Origin: Chrysochromulina tobinii
Taxonomy: Eukaryota
Assembly (NCBI GenBank): GCA_001275005.1
Contig: JWZX01002188.1
Coordinates: 1 to 42,038 of the forward strand
Length of the DNA: 42,038 nucleotides
Reading direction: 5' to 3'
Of this stretch, positions 9,326 through 20,103 are shown in pieces; position 1 is the first letter of the stretch, and the number at the start of each line of letters is the position of its first letter. Under the pieces are notes generated by a model that was not told the origin of the DNA, did no database searches, and saw nothing but the letters and a program-made list of their open reading frames with translations. Both the position numbers and the translations under genes were made by a program.

Positions 9326-12300
9326 ATGCCGCCAGCGACGCTGCCAACGAACGCTTCGATCGACGCATCGCTCCGCTACATCTTCGTCTCCTACTGCTCG
9401 ATCGGCGACGTAACCAACGTCGAGCATCTGGGCTCCGCCCGATTCTCGAAGCTCGTACGCGACGCCGGCCTGCTCGGGCCGCTGCTGACATCGACGGACG
9501 TGGACATCGTCTTCGTGCGCGCGAGCCAGTCAGTCGCCGGCCGGCAGCGCACCTCTCGCGTCGGAGGTGGTGCGCCAAGCACCAAGAAGACGCTCACGTA
9601 CGGCCTGTTCCTCGCAGCGCTCTCCGACCTCGCCAACAAGCGCGCCACAGCTCGGAGCGGCAACAGCTCGGAGCACGCGCTGGTTTTGCTGCTGCTCGAG
9701 CACATGCTGCCCCTCGCGGCGCGCGGGCCGCCCGGTGGCTCCAGCGCGCACGGTGCGGCGCCGACCGACCGCGCGGACGGCGGCGCGATCGGCGAGGAGG
9801 AACTGCTCTCGCGCGCTGCGGTGCTCGAGGCTATCTTCGCGCACTACAGCAGCTCGGTGCGCCTCGCGCCCGCGGAGGCCGAGACCGAGGCCGCGCCCTT
9901 TTGGCAAACGCTCGGCCGCGAGCGCGCCTCGCTCGTGGCGCAGGGTGTCCGCGCCGCGCCGGACGATGAGCCAGCGCTGGCGGCGATGCGACCCAATGAG
10001 CCTCAGGCGCGCGGAAGCGCCGCCGTGATGGACTTGGCGGCGTGGCAGCGCTTCGGCGCGCACTTCGACATCTGCCCGACGCTCCTGTCCAAGGCAGAGC
10101 TCATGCGCCTCTTCCAGGCCGAGGCGGCCCGCGCGCCGCCCCAGGCGCTTCTGACCTTCCCCCAGTTCGCGCATGCCCTCGGCGCGACAGCAGCAGCTGC
10201 CTTCCCACCGCCTCTTGGCGTCAAGTCGTTTGACGACGGCGGCGCGAAGAGCGTGCGCGACCTGCTCGTGACGATGAAGGTCGACCAGGCCAAGGCCCTC
10301 GCCGAGCGGCTCGCCCTCACGGGGCGCAAGGTGTGCGGCTGTCAGATGGCCTCTGATGAGCTCTAACTGCCTCCCTTTCTGATGGCTTCTGATGAGCTCT
10401 GATGGCCCCTGATGGCCTCTGATGGCCTCTGATGAGCTCGAATTGCCTCCATGCTCATCAGGTGTGCGGCATCATCGACGCGCTTGCGAAAGATAAGACG
10501 CGCCCGCCGCTGCAGCCGCTACCGCCCTCGTACATAAAGGAGAACACTGCAGCGTCCTCGGCGCCGTCGCCGTCGGCGGCCGAGGCCGCCCGAGTGGAGG
10601 CTGTCCGCGCTGTACGCGGTCTCCAGCCGGTGCTCGCGGCTGCGGCAACCGAGGCGGCCGCAGCGGCGGCATCAAGCGCGGCGCATCAAGCGCAGCTGGC
10701 GGCGGATAGCGCGATAGCGAGCGTGCAGGCGGTCATGGAGGCTGCCTTAGAGAGCGGCGGCTGCATGAGTGCCACGGGGATCAGCCTCGCGGTCGAGGCG
10801 GCCGTTGACGCTGCCATGGAGCGGGCGGCGAAAGATATGGAGAGGGCGGCGAGAGCCGTGGCCAGCCAATCGCCCTCTACCCCCCACGAGGGCCGTTGCT
10901 CCACGTCGGCGGGGCTTCACACCTCTACCCCCCACGAGAGCCGTTGCTCCACGTCGGCGGGGCTTCACACTTCTACCCCCCACGAGAGCCGTTGCTCCAC
11001 GTCGGCGGGGCTTCACAAGGCGTCGAGCGCTGGCGTGCTCGTGAGCGGTGGAGCTGCAGCAGCCTCGCCCGCTGCCGTGGTGACCTCGCCGACGGCGCCC
11101 ATGCCGTCCATGGGCCGCTCCTCCTCCGCCGCCTCGCTGCTCACCGACGGCGGCTCCAAAGAGCATATCCACCTTCTCGGAGTGCCGCCGCTCCGTCCCG
11201 TCACCGCCCTGTCGCCGCCCCGCTTTGCGCCGTCGCCGCCCAATGAGGCAAGGGCCGCCTCCTTCCCTTACCCGGGCGCTCCGCTCCACGGCGCCGCTAG
11301 CACGCCAGCACTGGTGCCCGCGGCAGCGCTCCACGGCGCCGCTAGCACGCCAGCGCTGGTGCCCGCGGCAGCGCTCCACGGCGCCGCTAGCACGCCAGCG
11401 CTGGTGCCCGCGACGGACGGCCGCGCTCCGGCGGGGCGCGCGTACGTGTTCAGCGGCTCGCCTCCTTCCGCAGGCCGCTCGCGCACCACGTACGCATCCC
11501 AGACGCACTACGCGGGCGGCGGCGGGAGCTCCCCGTTCCACAGAAGCATGGTCGCCTCCGCCTCCGCCCGCCTGCCCAGCTCCACCCAACCCAACTGCTC
11601 CCATCGCTCAACGGCTCTCGTCTCCCCACCGATGATCGGGAACACAGAGGACGTGATTGCCGCCAGCTCGGCCGCGGCCGACATTGCGAGCGCCGCGGCG
11701 GCGGCGGCCGAAGCGGCGGCCGCGGCGGCGAGTGCGGCGGTGGCCGATGTGGAAGCGATGCTGCGCGAGGGTCGAAAGTCCATTGAAGTGGAGACGCAGC
11801 TTCGGATGGAGGTGCTGCTGCAGCAGGCGCGCACCGCCGTGGAGGCATGTACAGCGCCGTCACCGCCAAAGCCGCCGCCGCCGCAGCAGCCGCAGCCGCA
11901 GCAGCAGCCGCAGACCGTCGAGGAGGACGCGCTCATCACAGCGCCCAACCTCGAAGCGCTCAGCCGAGCCAAATCGCAAGCGCGCGCGCGGGCAGAGGCA
12001 CTCCAGAGGGAGACAGCGCTCGTCGAGGAGCGTGCACGTCTGCTCGCACTCCAGATGCGTTCCTCGAGCTCGGCCGCCTTGGATCAGGTGAGGGCCACTG
12101 ATGACCCCTGATGACCCCTGATGACCACTGATGACCCCCGATGACCCCTGATGACCCCTGATGACCTCTGATGACTCCTCCTTGCTCCTCCTTGGATCAG
12201 GAGAGAGAGCTGCGCATCGTCGAGGCACGCTGTGCCGACGCAGCCAAGCGACGCGAGCACGCGGAGGCGGAGGCATTGGAGGCCGAGCAGCACGCTGCCG

Positions 12301-12906
12301 CCGCGCGCCTGCGTCGCGAGCGCACCGTGTACGCGGAGGCAGAGGCGGCTCAGGCGAATGTGGCCGCGCTCGCGGAGATGCGACGGCGCTCGGCCACAGC
12401 CGTGGCGGCCAAGGAGGCCTTGGAGGCGGAGACGAGGCGTTCGGAGGCTGAGGCTGCCCTCGCGGCGGCCGAGGCGCGCCACGCGGCCGCCGAGGCGGCG
12501 GCTGTCTCTGCGGAGCGGGATGAGGAGGTGATGAAGCTGCGGACGGCCGAGGAGGCGGCGGCGGCCGAGACGGCGGCGGCTGCGCACCGACTTCTCGAGG
12601 CCGAGGCGCATCTGCATGCGGCACTCGCCGCCGCAGAGCTGGCCCAGCGAGAGAGGGAGGCGGCTGACGTGGCGGCGGAGCGGCACGCTGCCCTCGCCGC
12701 CCTTACCGCCCAGCACACGCAGCTCTCGGCGGCCCTAGCAGAGCGACGTGAGAACAAGCACGCGCAGCGCGAGGCGATCGTTCAGATGGAGTCACGCCTG
12801 CGCTCCACGGCCTCCAAGATTGACGAAACCAGCCACTTGATCTTCCAGCTGGATGCGATCAACGCAACGGAGCAGGCGCGCCTAACCCTAACCCGACCCT
12901 TACCTA

Positions 12907-12944
<38 letters not shown>

Positions 12945-13569
12945 CCTAACGCGATCAACACTACGGAGCAGGCACGCCTCGAGGCGCTGCGTGAGCAGCT
13001 GCAGGCCGCCGCCGCGCAGAACAAGCGGCAGCTCGCCACGACGCTCCGTGGCGTGCAGCTGCTGCGAGGGCCGAGTGGCCCCGATCCGAAGCTGCTCGCG
13101 ATGAGCCAGCTGCACGTGCTCGGCGAGGTGCTCAGCTCGGCGCGCCATTGATGACCCCTGATGACCTCCGATGGCCCCTGATGGCACAACTTATGACCCC
13201 TGAGCTCGGAAAGGTGCTCAGCGCCACTGATGGCCTCCGAGCACCACTGATTTCCATCGAGCGTCATTGAGTGCCGATCGCCATCGAATGCCTCCCTCGA
13301 GTCCACTGAGTGCCACCGATCGGCATCGAATGCCATCGAGTCCGCTGAGTGCCACCGATTGCCTCCCTCATCAGGTGCTCACCGCCCTCTTCGAGCGGTT
13401 GCATACGCGCGACGCGGAGGCTGCCGCCCGCGAGGACGCGCTCATCGAGCTGCTGCGCGAGCACGGCGCATCGCTGCCCGCGGTGCTCGGAGCCGCGCCG
13501 CCCGCGCGCGCCGACTACCCGCAGCAATTCCCTCAGCCCGAAGCCGAGCCTGCCTTTGCTGCTGACTGA
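9326..13569 (+). CDS. p25-alpha (TPPP-like) domain protein with coiled-coil tail; exons 9326-10330, 10462-12087, 12201-12875, 12972-13127, 13375-13569
   Basis: N-terminus LRYIFVSYC...LGSARFSKLVRDAGLLG..LTSTDVDIVF...TLTYGLFLAAL resembles p25-alpha. Removing the introns joins ORFs 9242, 10432, 12171 and 13267 in frame. Confidence 0.75.
10331..10461 (+). other. Spliceosomal intron (GT-AG, phase 0), 131 nt
   Basis: aag|GTGTGC...CTCATCAG|gtgtgc; removes the in-frame stop and joins the two ORFs; filled with ctgatggcct-type repeats. Confidence 0.88.
10873..11017 (+). repeat. 48-nt coding tandem repeat x3 (STPHESRCSTSAGLHT)
   Basis: Three near-identical units are visible. Confidence 0.9.
11283..11412 (+). 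repeat. 45-nt coding tandem repeat x3 (LHGAASTPALVPAAA)
   Basis: Three near-identical units are visible. Confidence 0.9.
12088..12200 (+). other. Spliceosomal intron (GT-AG, phase 0), 113 nt
   Basis: cag|GTGAGG...TTGGATCAG|gag; body is a (ctgatgaccc)n decamer array; restores the frame. Confidence 0.9.
12876..12971 (+). other. Probable GC-AG intron (phase 0, 96 nt) filled with CCCTAA/CCCTCA telomere-like repeats
   Basis: cag|GCGCGC...GGAGCAG|gca. In frame and stop-free, so splicing is inferred; removal deletes a PHPHPH run and a duplicated AINxTEQARL peptide. Confidence 0.7.
13128..13374 (+). other. Spliceosomal intron (GT-AG, phase 0), 247 nt
   Basis: gag|GTGCTC...GATTGCCTCCCTCATCAG|gtgctc; removes the stop at 13149-13151 and joins the last exon. 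Confidence 0.85.
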
Positions 13570-13846
13570 GAACCCACGCGGCGCAGCGCGCGCGCAGCTG
13601 TCTCTCGCAACGTGCCTTGAGGGGCGACACAGCGCCAGGCGAACTTCAAACACGCTGACGGCTTTAGACAAAGTTTGGGCTCGACGTGTATTGCCCTGCA
13701 GCCGTTGGTTATATGCAGCCGTTGCGTTGGGTGTATGGTGCAGCTGAGTTACGTTGGTTGGGGGGTGCATCTCTCCTGCATCGTGCGCAAGTGAAACTAA
13801 AGAAACTAAATTCCCGCGTGTGACTAATTCCCACGTCCCAGTGGAC

Positions 13847-16800
13847 TCAGACATTATACTCTATCTTCTTCGAGATTTCCTTAAATTTACGCCGTGAATG
13901 TGTTGCCTGCGCCGCGTTGACACCCTTCTTGCGGTCATCGAAATCGTCACTATCAGCCGCCAATCGTAACTGTTGTGTGGACAGCTCAGGTGCGTTGCCC
14001 TTCACCTTCGCCCTTTCAGCCAGAACGCGTTCATAATTGACTTTGGATATGTCACGCACGATCTTGTTGAACGGATTGAAGGTGCCGAACGCCGCCTCGA
14101 TCACCGCCAACAGCCTCTCCTGGTCGTTCGGGTCGAAGGTCTCCGCCTTGCCCGCGTCAAACTTCAGAAGCCCTAGCTCGAAGTCCTTAGAGACCTCCTC
14201 AGCCTTGTCCTTAGAGGTCAGCGACATCACTCGCATTCTATCGTGCACTATCGGTGTCAATTGCACGAAGACAAAGAGCTCAATCACGCACCACAGCCGA
14301 GACGCGTACGTGGGCCCCGCGAGCACGAGGAGCTGCTTGCAGCCCGAGATGAAGACGGGTAGCCCCGCGAGGCTCGCTTGGATGTCTCTCTGGTCCAGGC
14401 ACGCCTTGTCGAGCCAGATGGTGACGCCGACGATGCCGCCATTGCCCTCGTCCGTCACCTTCCCAGCCGCCCCTGCGTGGGTTTGAGATCTCCTCTCCCC
14501 CTCTTCCGCCGCCCACTCTTGCAGGCGATCGAACTTGGCGTCGCCGTCGTCGGACCACGAGTGCGAGACGAAGGCGTCGACTTTGCCGAATCTCGCCAAG
14601 AACGTCTTATCTAACAACTCCTGGGTGGGCCAGCCGGGCGATGATTTCCAGTCATTGGCAACTGCTCCCGCCTTTCGCCCAGCGATCTCTTCGCGTTTTA
14701 GTTCAGCGAGAGGCAGCGCACGGAAGCGCTCGGTTCCCAGCTTGAGCGCCTCGGCGGGGGAGAGTTTGCCGATGAGCGCCGCAAGCGCCGTGGCCTTGCC
14801 TTCGGCCTCCAGCCTTTGCACGCTCGATTCGAGTTCCTTCAGGTTGTCTTCGGAGGACGAGAGCTCAGACTGCTCCTCTTGACTCAGCTTGCCCTTCGTA
14901 TCTTTCAGTCTGAGCTCGTCCACGCGCAAGCGCAACACTGTAGCCTTTCTCCGTGTGGTCGCTGCCATGCCGGACTTGCCGAGCGCGCCGAGCCACGCCA
15001 CGAATCGGCCGCGGTTGGCGGGCGTGAAGACGAGTGCGACGGCGAGGGCGACAGCGCTGTGAATCACATTCTGAATCGCACCAGCCTCCACCGGGTCCGG
15101 GCCATAGAGGTCAACCGACGGGACGTACAGCATCATGCAGAGGAAGACAACCAGATAAAGCAGCGCGACCCCGATGCATACGACGCGGAGCGTGAGCCAC
15201 AGGCGAAGCAGCTGGCTGCGTGCCCCCTTTGTATACTCGAGGGTGAACTCCATCCACGCACTCTGTGCCGCGACGACGGCTCGCTCTTGCGCAGCCTCGA
15301 GCCCGCCCTCGAGCTCGTCCGGCTTTGCGGCTGCCTCTTCGGCATTCCGGCCGCCTCGAAGCTTGAGCTCATCCGGCTTCCCCAAAGAGGCCTGAGTGGT
15401 CCTCAAGTTGTGGTAGTAGACCACACCACCCCGGGTGAAGGCGAGGCGGAACGCGAACCACAGGTTGAGCGGCGGCATTGTCAAGACTCGTATTCTGAAG
15501 GCGCGGCTTTGTATTGCTACCGTAGCTTTGCTTTTTGATGTGCTTCGAATTGCTTTGAATAGGCCTGATTTGCATGGCCTCGAGGCCGCTTTCTCCTCCG
15601 CCGCTTTCTCCTCCGCTGCCATCGCTTCATCCAACAATTTGACTTGCGCTGCGTTTCGACACACGAAGCGCACGCTGACCGTGTCCCAGAAGAGCACACA
15701 GGCTACCGTGGCGATGAGGGCGAGGCCGCTGCTGCGGATGATGTTCAACGCAAACACGGAAAGCCCATCAGTGGACGCAGTGCTCGCGACGCTCCACAAG
15801 GGCACAAGAGCACCATACAGGGCGGCAGCGCTAAAGAAGACGCCCAAGACGCCCAAGATGTGAATGGGGGTGGCGTAGGTGGGGCGCAGCGCGAGCAGAA
15901 TGACGGCCGCTCCCGGCGGCAAGGCAAAGTAGTAAGATACGATGTGGCTCGCGATGGGCGTGAGGTCAACGTCGATGACGTTAGCGAAAATCGGCGGAAT
16001 TGCTCCCAGAGCCAGCAGCATCCAGCCCAACAATACGAGCGTGCCGCTCACGCGCAGCCGGAGCCGATCGGCCTTGGCCACCGCGTCCGTGAGCTTCTCG
16101 CGCGTGCGCTTCTCGGCGGGGAAGGTGGCGGACTTTGCATGCTTACCTTTGAATGAGTCTAAGCTTTTGAAGCCTTTCCACGAGTCGGACAAGACACCTG
16201 CGTCCTGTGCGGGTTCCTTCTTGCGACGGAGGCGGAGGCAGGCGAGGAGGGCGCAGAAGAAGGCGAGAGGAACGAGCCAGGCCGCTGGAATGAGGCCGCC
16301 GTAGAGGACGGCTGACAGCGTGCGCAGGAGCTGCTGCCCTTTCGCAATGTCCGCCTCCATGAACGCGAGGTACTCGGCGGAGGCGGGCGCGCCGAGCTCG
16401 CACAAACACCGATAGCGAAGATAGCAGGGAGAGTCGAACCACCCATTCCGCAGATACTCGCGGCGCTTGGCGGCGCACTGCCGGTTAGCATAGCTCATTT
16501 CGCCTAAATCTCTGAATATCATGGTCCTGTAGAAGTTGCTTGGGTACCCGCTCTGCCAATTGGTAAAGTTGGTCGTCTCGCCCGACGCGCACGTGTCCCA
16601 CCCGCCGCCGGGCTCCACGGCGCCGGCCGACTGGTAGAGCCCGATCCACACATCACCCATGCTGCGTGTGAGGCTCGCAATAAAGTCAGCCTCCGCGGTC
16701 GAGCGGATGCATGCAAGCGTCGCATTCTCACCGCACGCTGCCGCGCACCCCAAGGCGTTGAACCGTCCTGCGGTCACCTTGTAGCACTTTCCGCCCTCGT

Positions 16801-16894
16801 CAAAGCGCGCCCAGCCGCCAGGGCACGTGGCGGAGGCGAGCGCGACGTCTGTGAGCGCGATAAGGAGCACTGAGGCGGGGCGCTTGGCTGCCAT
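13847..16894 (-). CDS. Signal peptide + C-type lectin domain + multi-pass membrane region + C-terminal TIR-like domain (putative receptor, ~1015 aa)
   Basis: MAAKRPASVLLIALTDVALASA signal; lectin CPGGW...CYKV...C...LACI...VWIGL...FTNW...CAA...WFDSPC...CLCE; about 7 hydrophobic helices; TIR motifs DAFVSHSW, IWLDK, LLVLAGPTY, SRLWCVIEL. The ORF-track extension to 17335 looks non-coding. Confidence 0.85.
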   Translation of the reverse strand: MAAKRPASVLLIALTDVALASATCPGGWARFDEGGKCYKVTAGRFNALGCAAACGENATLACIRSTAEADFIASLTRSMGDVWIGLYQSAGAVEPGGGWDTCASGETTNFTNWQSGYPSNFYRTMIFRDLGEMSYANRQCAAKRREYLRNGWFDSPCYLRYRCLCELGAPASAEYLAFMEADIAKGQQLLRTLSAVLYGGLIPAAWLVPLAFFCALLACLRLRRKKEPAQDAGVLSDSWKGFKSLDSFKGKHAKSATFPAEKRTREKLTDAVAKADRLRLRVSGTLVLLGWMLLALGAIPPIFANVIDVDLTPIASHIVSYYFALPPGAAVILLALRPTYATPIHILGVLGVFFSAAALYGALVPLWSVASTASTDGLSVFALNIIRSSGLALIATVACVLFWDTVSVRFVCRNAAQVKLLDEAMAAEEKAAEEKAASRPCKSGLFKAIRSTSKSKATVAIQSRAFRIRVLTMPPLNLWFAFRLAFTRGGVVYYHNLRTTQASLGKPDELKLRGGRNAEEAAAKPDELEGGLEAAQERAVVAAQSAWMEFTLEYTKGARSQLLRLWLTLRVVCIGVALLYLVVFLCMMLYVPSVDLYGPDPVEAGAIQNVIHSAVALAVALVFTPANRGRFVAWLGALGKSGMAATTRRKATVLRLRVDELRLKDTKGKLSQEEQSELSSSEDNLKELESSVQRLEAEGKATALAALIGKLSPAEALKLGTERFRALPLAELKREEIAGRKAGAVANDWKSSPGWPTQELLDKTFLARFGKVDAFVSHSWSDDGDAKFDRLQEWAAEEGERRSQTHAGAAGKVTDEGNGGIVGVTIWLDKACLDQRDIQASLAGLPVFISGCKQLLVLAGPTYASRLWCVIELFVFVQLTPIVHDRMRVMSLTSKDKAEEVSKDFELGLLKFDAGKAETFDPNDQERLLAVIEAAFGTFNPFNKIVRDISKVNYERVLAERAKVKGNAPELSTQQLRLAADSDDFDDRKKGVNAAQATHSRRKFKEISKKIEYNV

Positions 16895-17478
16895 GACAAG
16901 AGCGTTTCGTTCGACTTGACGAAGTTTGAACTTATTTCGACTTACCCCGACAGTACCTGGTGGGGTACTGAACTGAGCATTCGCCTCGTTAGGTACGTTC
17001 GGGTGAGACAAAAGACAAACTTTTCTACAGACTGAACATTTGGTGTAAAAGTGCCGCTTCCCACGAACATGTTTCTGACAAAAGCTCTTGAACGCAGACC
17101 GTAAACGCACTGGGGAAGCATTAGAAGCAGACAGAAAAACGCTCACACAGTCAGTCACAACGGGCTCGCCCTGGCCATGCCCCATACCGGCGATGCGGAT
17201 CTGCGCCAACCGGGAGCGGGGAGGACAGATAGCTCTTAGCTGCCTCCACATGCGTCCCGACACTCGATCGACGTCCCGCCCCGCGCCCCCCGCGCCGGTC
17301 GCGAGAGCGCGTGGTCTTCTCCCGTCCGTTTGCATTCGGATTCGCCGAAGGGGCGATGTTTCTCAACTCTGAAGTCATTCGTGATACAGTCCCATACAGT
17401 TACAGATACAGCTGTGCGTATACAGTGCACCTCGAGCCTCATTCCTCATTGCAGCGGGCGCGCGCATGCCCTCAACGC

Positions 17479-18101
17479 TCAACCGGCCAGCCCTGCGCTC
17501 GCGCGGCCTATGTTGTTCCGGCTCTTCATACGCTCGCCGCCCGTGCCCGCCGCCTTGAGAGCATCGGCGACAAGAAAGGGCGAGGCGCCGGTGAGCGCGG
17601 TAGGTTGGAAGAGCGCGAGTGGCACCTCGAGCGCGGCGCGCACCTGATGAGGGAGGCAATCAAGGCATCATATGTGAGGTCATGAGAGGCCATTCGGTTG
17701 ATGAGCACTTCGAGGGCGGCGCGCAGCGCACGAGCACACGCACGCGCGCGAGCTGCTCGGGCGGCGCGGGCGTCGACAGGAAGATGAGGCCATTGGGCAC
17801 GTCGACCGATCGCACCAGCCCGAGGCCAACGCACTCGTGATCAGACCAGCCGCCGCTGCCGTCGGGCGCCGTCGCGGGCGCTTCTTCGTGCTCGGCCCAG
17901 CCGCCGCCGCTGGGGGGCACCGCCGTCTCCGCGCCTCCAGAAGCGCCCACGACGACGCGGGCGGGAGGCACGAGCAGCCCCACCAGGCTCACGTTGAGCG
18001 CCCGGAGCGTCGTTTTGAGCGCCCGGAGCGTTTGCTCGATGGGCAGAGCGTCGTTTTGAGCGCTCCCCTTGGCGTCAGTGCCGCCTTCCCCCACCCCCTT
18101 C

Positions 18102-18140
<39 letters not shown>

Positions 18141-19600
18141 AGGTAGGCCGAGGGAAGCGCGACGACACGCTCGAGGGCATGCAAGGGCACCGTGTACGGA
18201 GGGGACGCGAGCAGGGCGCGGATCGCCGCCTGCCACGTGCCCGTCTGGTAGGCGAGCACGTCCTTGGGGAGCGCATGCACCTGTGGGGAGGCGAGGGCGC
18301 CGTGGTGAGCACGTGCATGCGGGTAAGGCGAGCACGTCCTTGGGGAGTGCACGCACCGCCGGTGGCAGGGCGCCCAAATAAGCGAGCAGCTGCAGCGAGC
18401 GGCTCTCTGCGGCGTGCGGCGCCGAGAGGGGCGGCAGCGGCGGCATCGGCGGCGGCGAGCCGAACTGTGAATTCACACTCGGCATCGGCGGCGGCGAGCC
18501 GGCCGGCGGCGCGATGGCCGCGAGCGCCGTGCTGAGCGCCGCGAGGCTCGGTAGCGGCGGCAGCCGGAGCACCATCCGCGCCGTGCTGAGCACCGTCTCG
18601 GGCAGCTCGAGCTGGGGCGCCGTGGCGGGCGCGGCGGCGGCGCTGGCGGACGAAGGACCGTCGAGGATGACGATGTGCGTAGGCGCCGTCGCGAGCGCCA
18701 GATCGGCGAGCAGATGCTCGCCGAGCCCCGTCACCCAGCCGCACGTGTTGATCACCAACGGTGCCAGCCGGAGCACGTCGGGCGCCGTGCTGAGCGCCCG
18801 CCGCCGTTCCTCCAGCAGGGACTGGACGCAGCGCACGTATGCAACCGGAGCGTCTCCGGGGGTCGACGCGCCGAGGAAGCGAGCCGCGCGCGCCGGGCGC
18901 ACGTGCGTGTGTGGAGGCCCAAGCAGCGGCTCGCTCACGTCGTGCCAGCTCAGCAGGCCAGCTGGCCCCATCTCGGACTGGCCCGGATCGCATTCAAGCC
19001 AGCCGACACAGCCGACACAGCCGGAGCCCGCGCCGCCGGGCTGAGCGCCGTGTTGAGCGCCATGTTGAGCGTCGTGTTGAGCGTCATGTTGAGCGCCGTG
19101 ATGAGCGCCCCACTCGCGCGCCTCGCTCAGCAGGCGATTGACGAGAAGCCGGCCGAAGGACGACTTGCCCGCATTACGGGCGCCACAGAGCAGCACGACC
19201 GCGCCGTGCTGAGCGCCGTGCTGAGCGCCGTGTTGAGCGCCCGCCGCGCCGACGGAGGCGCCCGCCGCGGCGGACGCGGGCGCCCAATACGGCGCCCGCA
19301 CCGGCCGCGACTCCGAGCGTAACGGCTCGTCCTCGGGCGCCGTGCCGGGCGGCGGCACGCTGAGGGACCCTGCTAGCGTCTGGAGCGCCGCGGCCCACGC
19401 CACGGGGACGAGGGCACCCAGTCCACCCAGTCGTCCCTCGGCGCCGGCGCACGGCACCCCCTTGAGCAGACGAATGCCCAGGCGCGCCTCCTCGACGGAG
19501 CCGTTGTTGCCAGCTGCGGAGGCGGCGCGCCCACGTCCCGGAGCGGAGGGTCTCGGATCGTCGATCGGATCGTCGAGGTCATCCTCGCCGTCCTCGCCGT

Positions 19601-19634
<34 letters not shown>

Positions 19635-19958
19635 ATCCTCCAGCTCCTTTGCTTGCCGCTTTCGCTTACCAGAGTTATGTGCGGTAGCCGCCTCGAACCC
19701 TATGGACTCTGAGAGGCTGCGCAGGAGCACGCGAGCTCCGCAGCTGATTGCCGACGGCGTCTGCAGCACCGCGGTCAAGCCGCCGGCGGGAGAGTGCAAC
19801 GTGAACCAATGCTCGTCCTCGTCGTCGCTCGCGGGTGCGAAGTCATAGCCGAGGATGCGGATGCGCCCCGACAGCACCCGAATGGCCACGTGGCCCACGA
19901 GTGGAGTTGCCTCCAGCGGGTGCACGGTCATCTCCTGGATCTGCGACGTCGCGGCCAT
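17479..19958 (-). CDS. NOL9: Polynucleotide 5'-hydroxyl kinase NOL9/Grc3 (Clp1-like P-loop); exons 19958-18357, 18280-17732, 17643-17479
   Basis: P-loop LLCGARNAGKSSFGRLLVNRLL, ECDPGQSEMGPAG, LVINTCGWVTGLG, C-terminal CVGLGLVRSVD...IFLSTP; the spliced end reads VRAALEVPL...MKSRNNIGR. Confidence 0.88.
17644..17731 (-). other. Spliceosomal intron (GT-AG, phase 0), 88 nt
   Basis: ctc|GTGCGC...GATTGCCTCCCTCATCAG|gtgcgc on the minus strand; same 18-nt 3' end as intron 13128-13374. Confidence 0.82.
18281..18356 (-). other. Spliceosomal intron (GT-AG, phase 0), 76 nt
   Basis: gcg|GTGCGT...CTCCCCACAG|gtgcat; joins ORF 18075-20015 to ORF 17660-18352 in frame. Confidence 0.85.
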
Positions 19959-20103
19959 TCTCCCTCGTGGACGGCCCACGTCGTCGCAATTCCCTCGGTT
20001 CGATGACGTGAACAATCAGAGCTTGCTCAAGTCGACTCTCCGCTTCAAGAAAGAAGTTTCATTCAACGCGCGAAGCCGAGCGCCCAGGGAAGGCTGAAAA
20101 AGA

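Noticed and set aside
12095..12175. Decamer arrays (and the 45-51 nt arrays) as CRISPR
   Set aside because: No unique spacers, no cas genes, eukaryotic context; they are intronic satellites or coding repeats.
16949..16970. Hairpin CAGTACC...GGTACTG as a transposon end
   Set aside because: Only a 7-bp stem; no partner terminus or target duplication found.
16895..17335. N-terminal extension of ORF 13847-17335
   Set aside because: AT-richer and unlike neighbouring coding sequence; a good signal peptide begins at ATG 16894.
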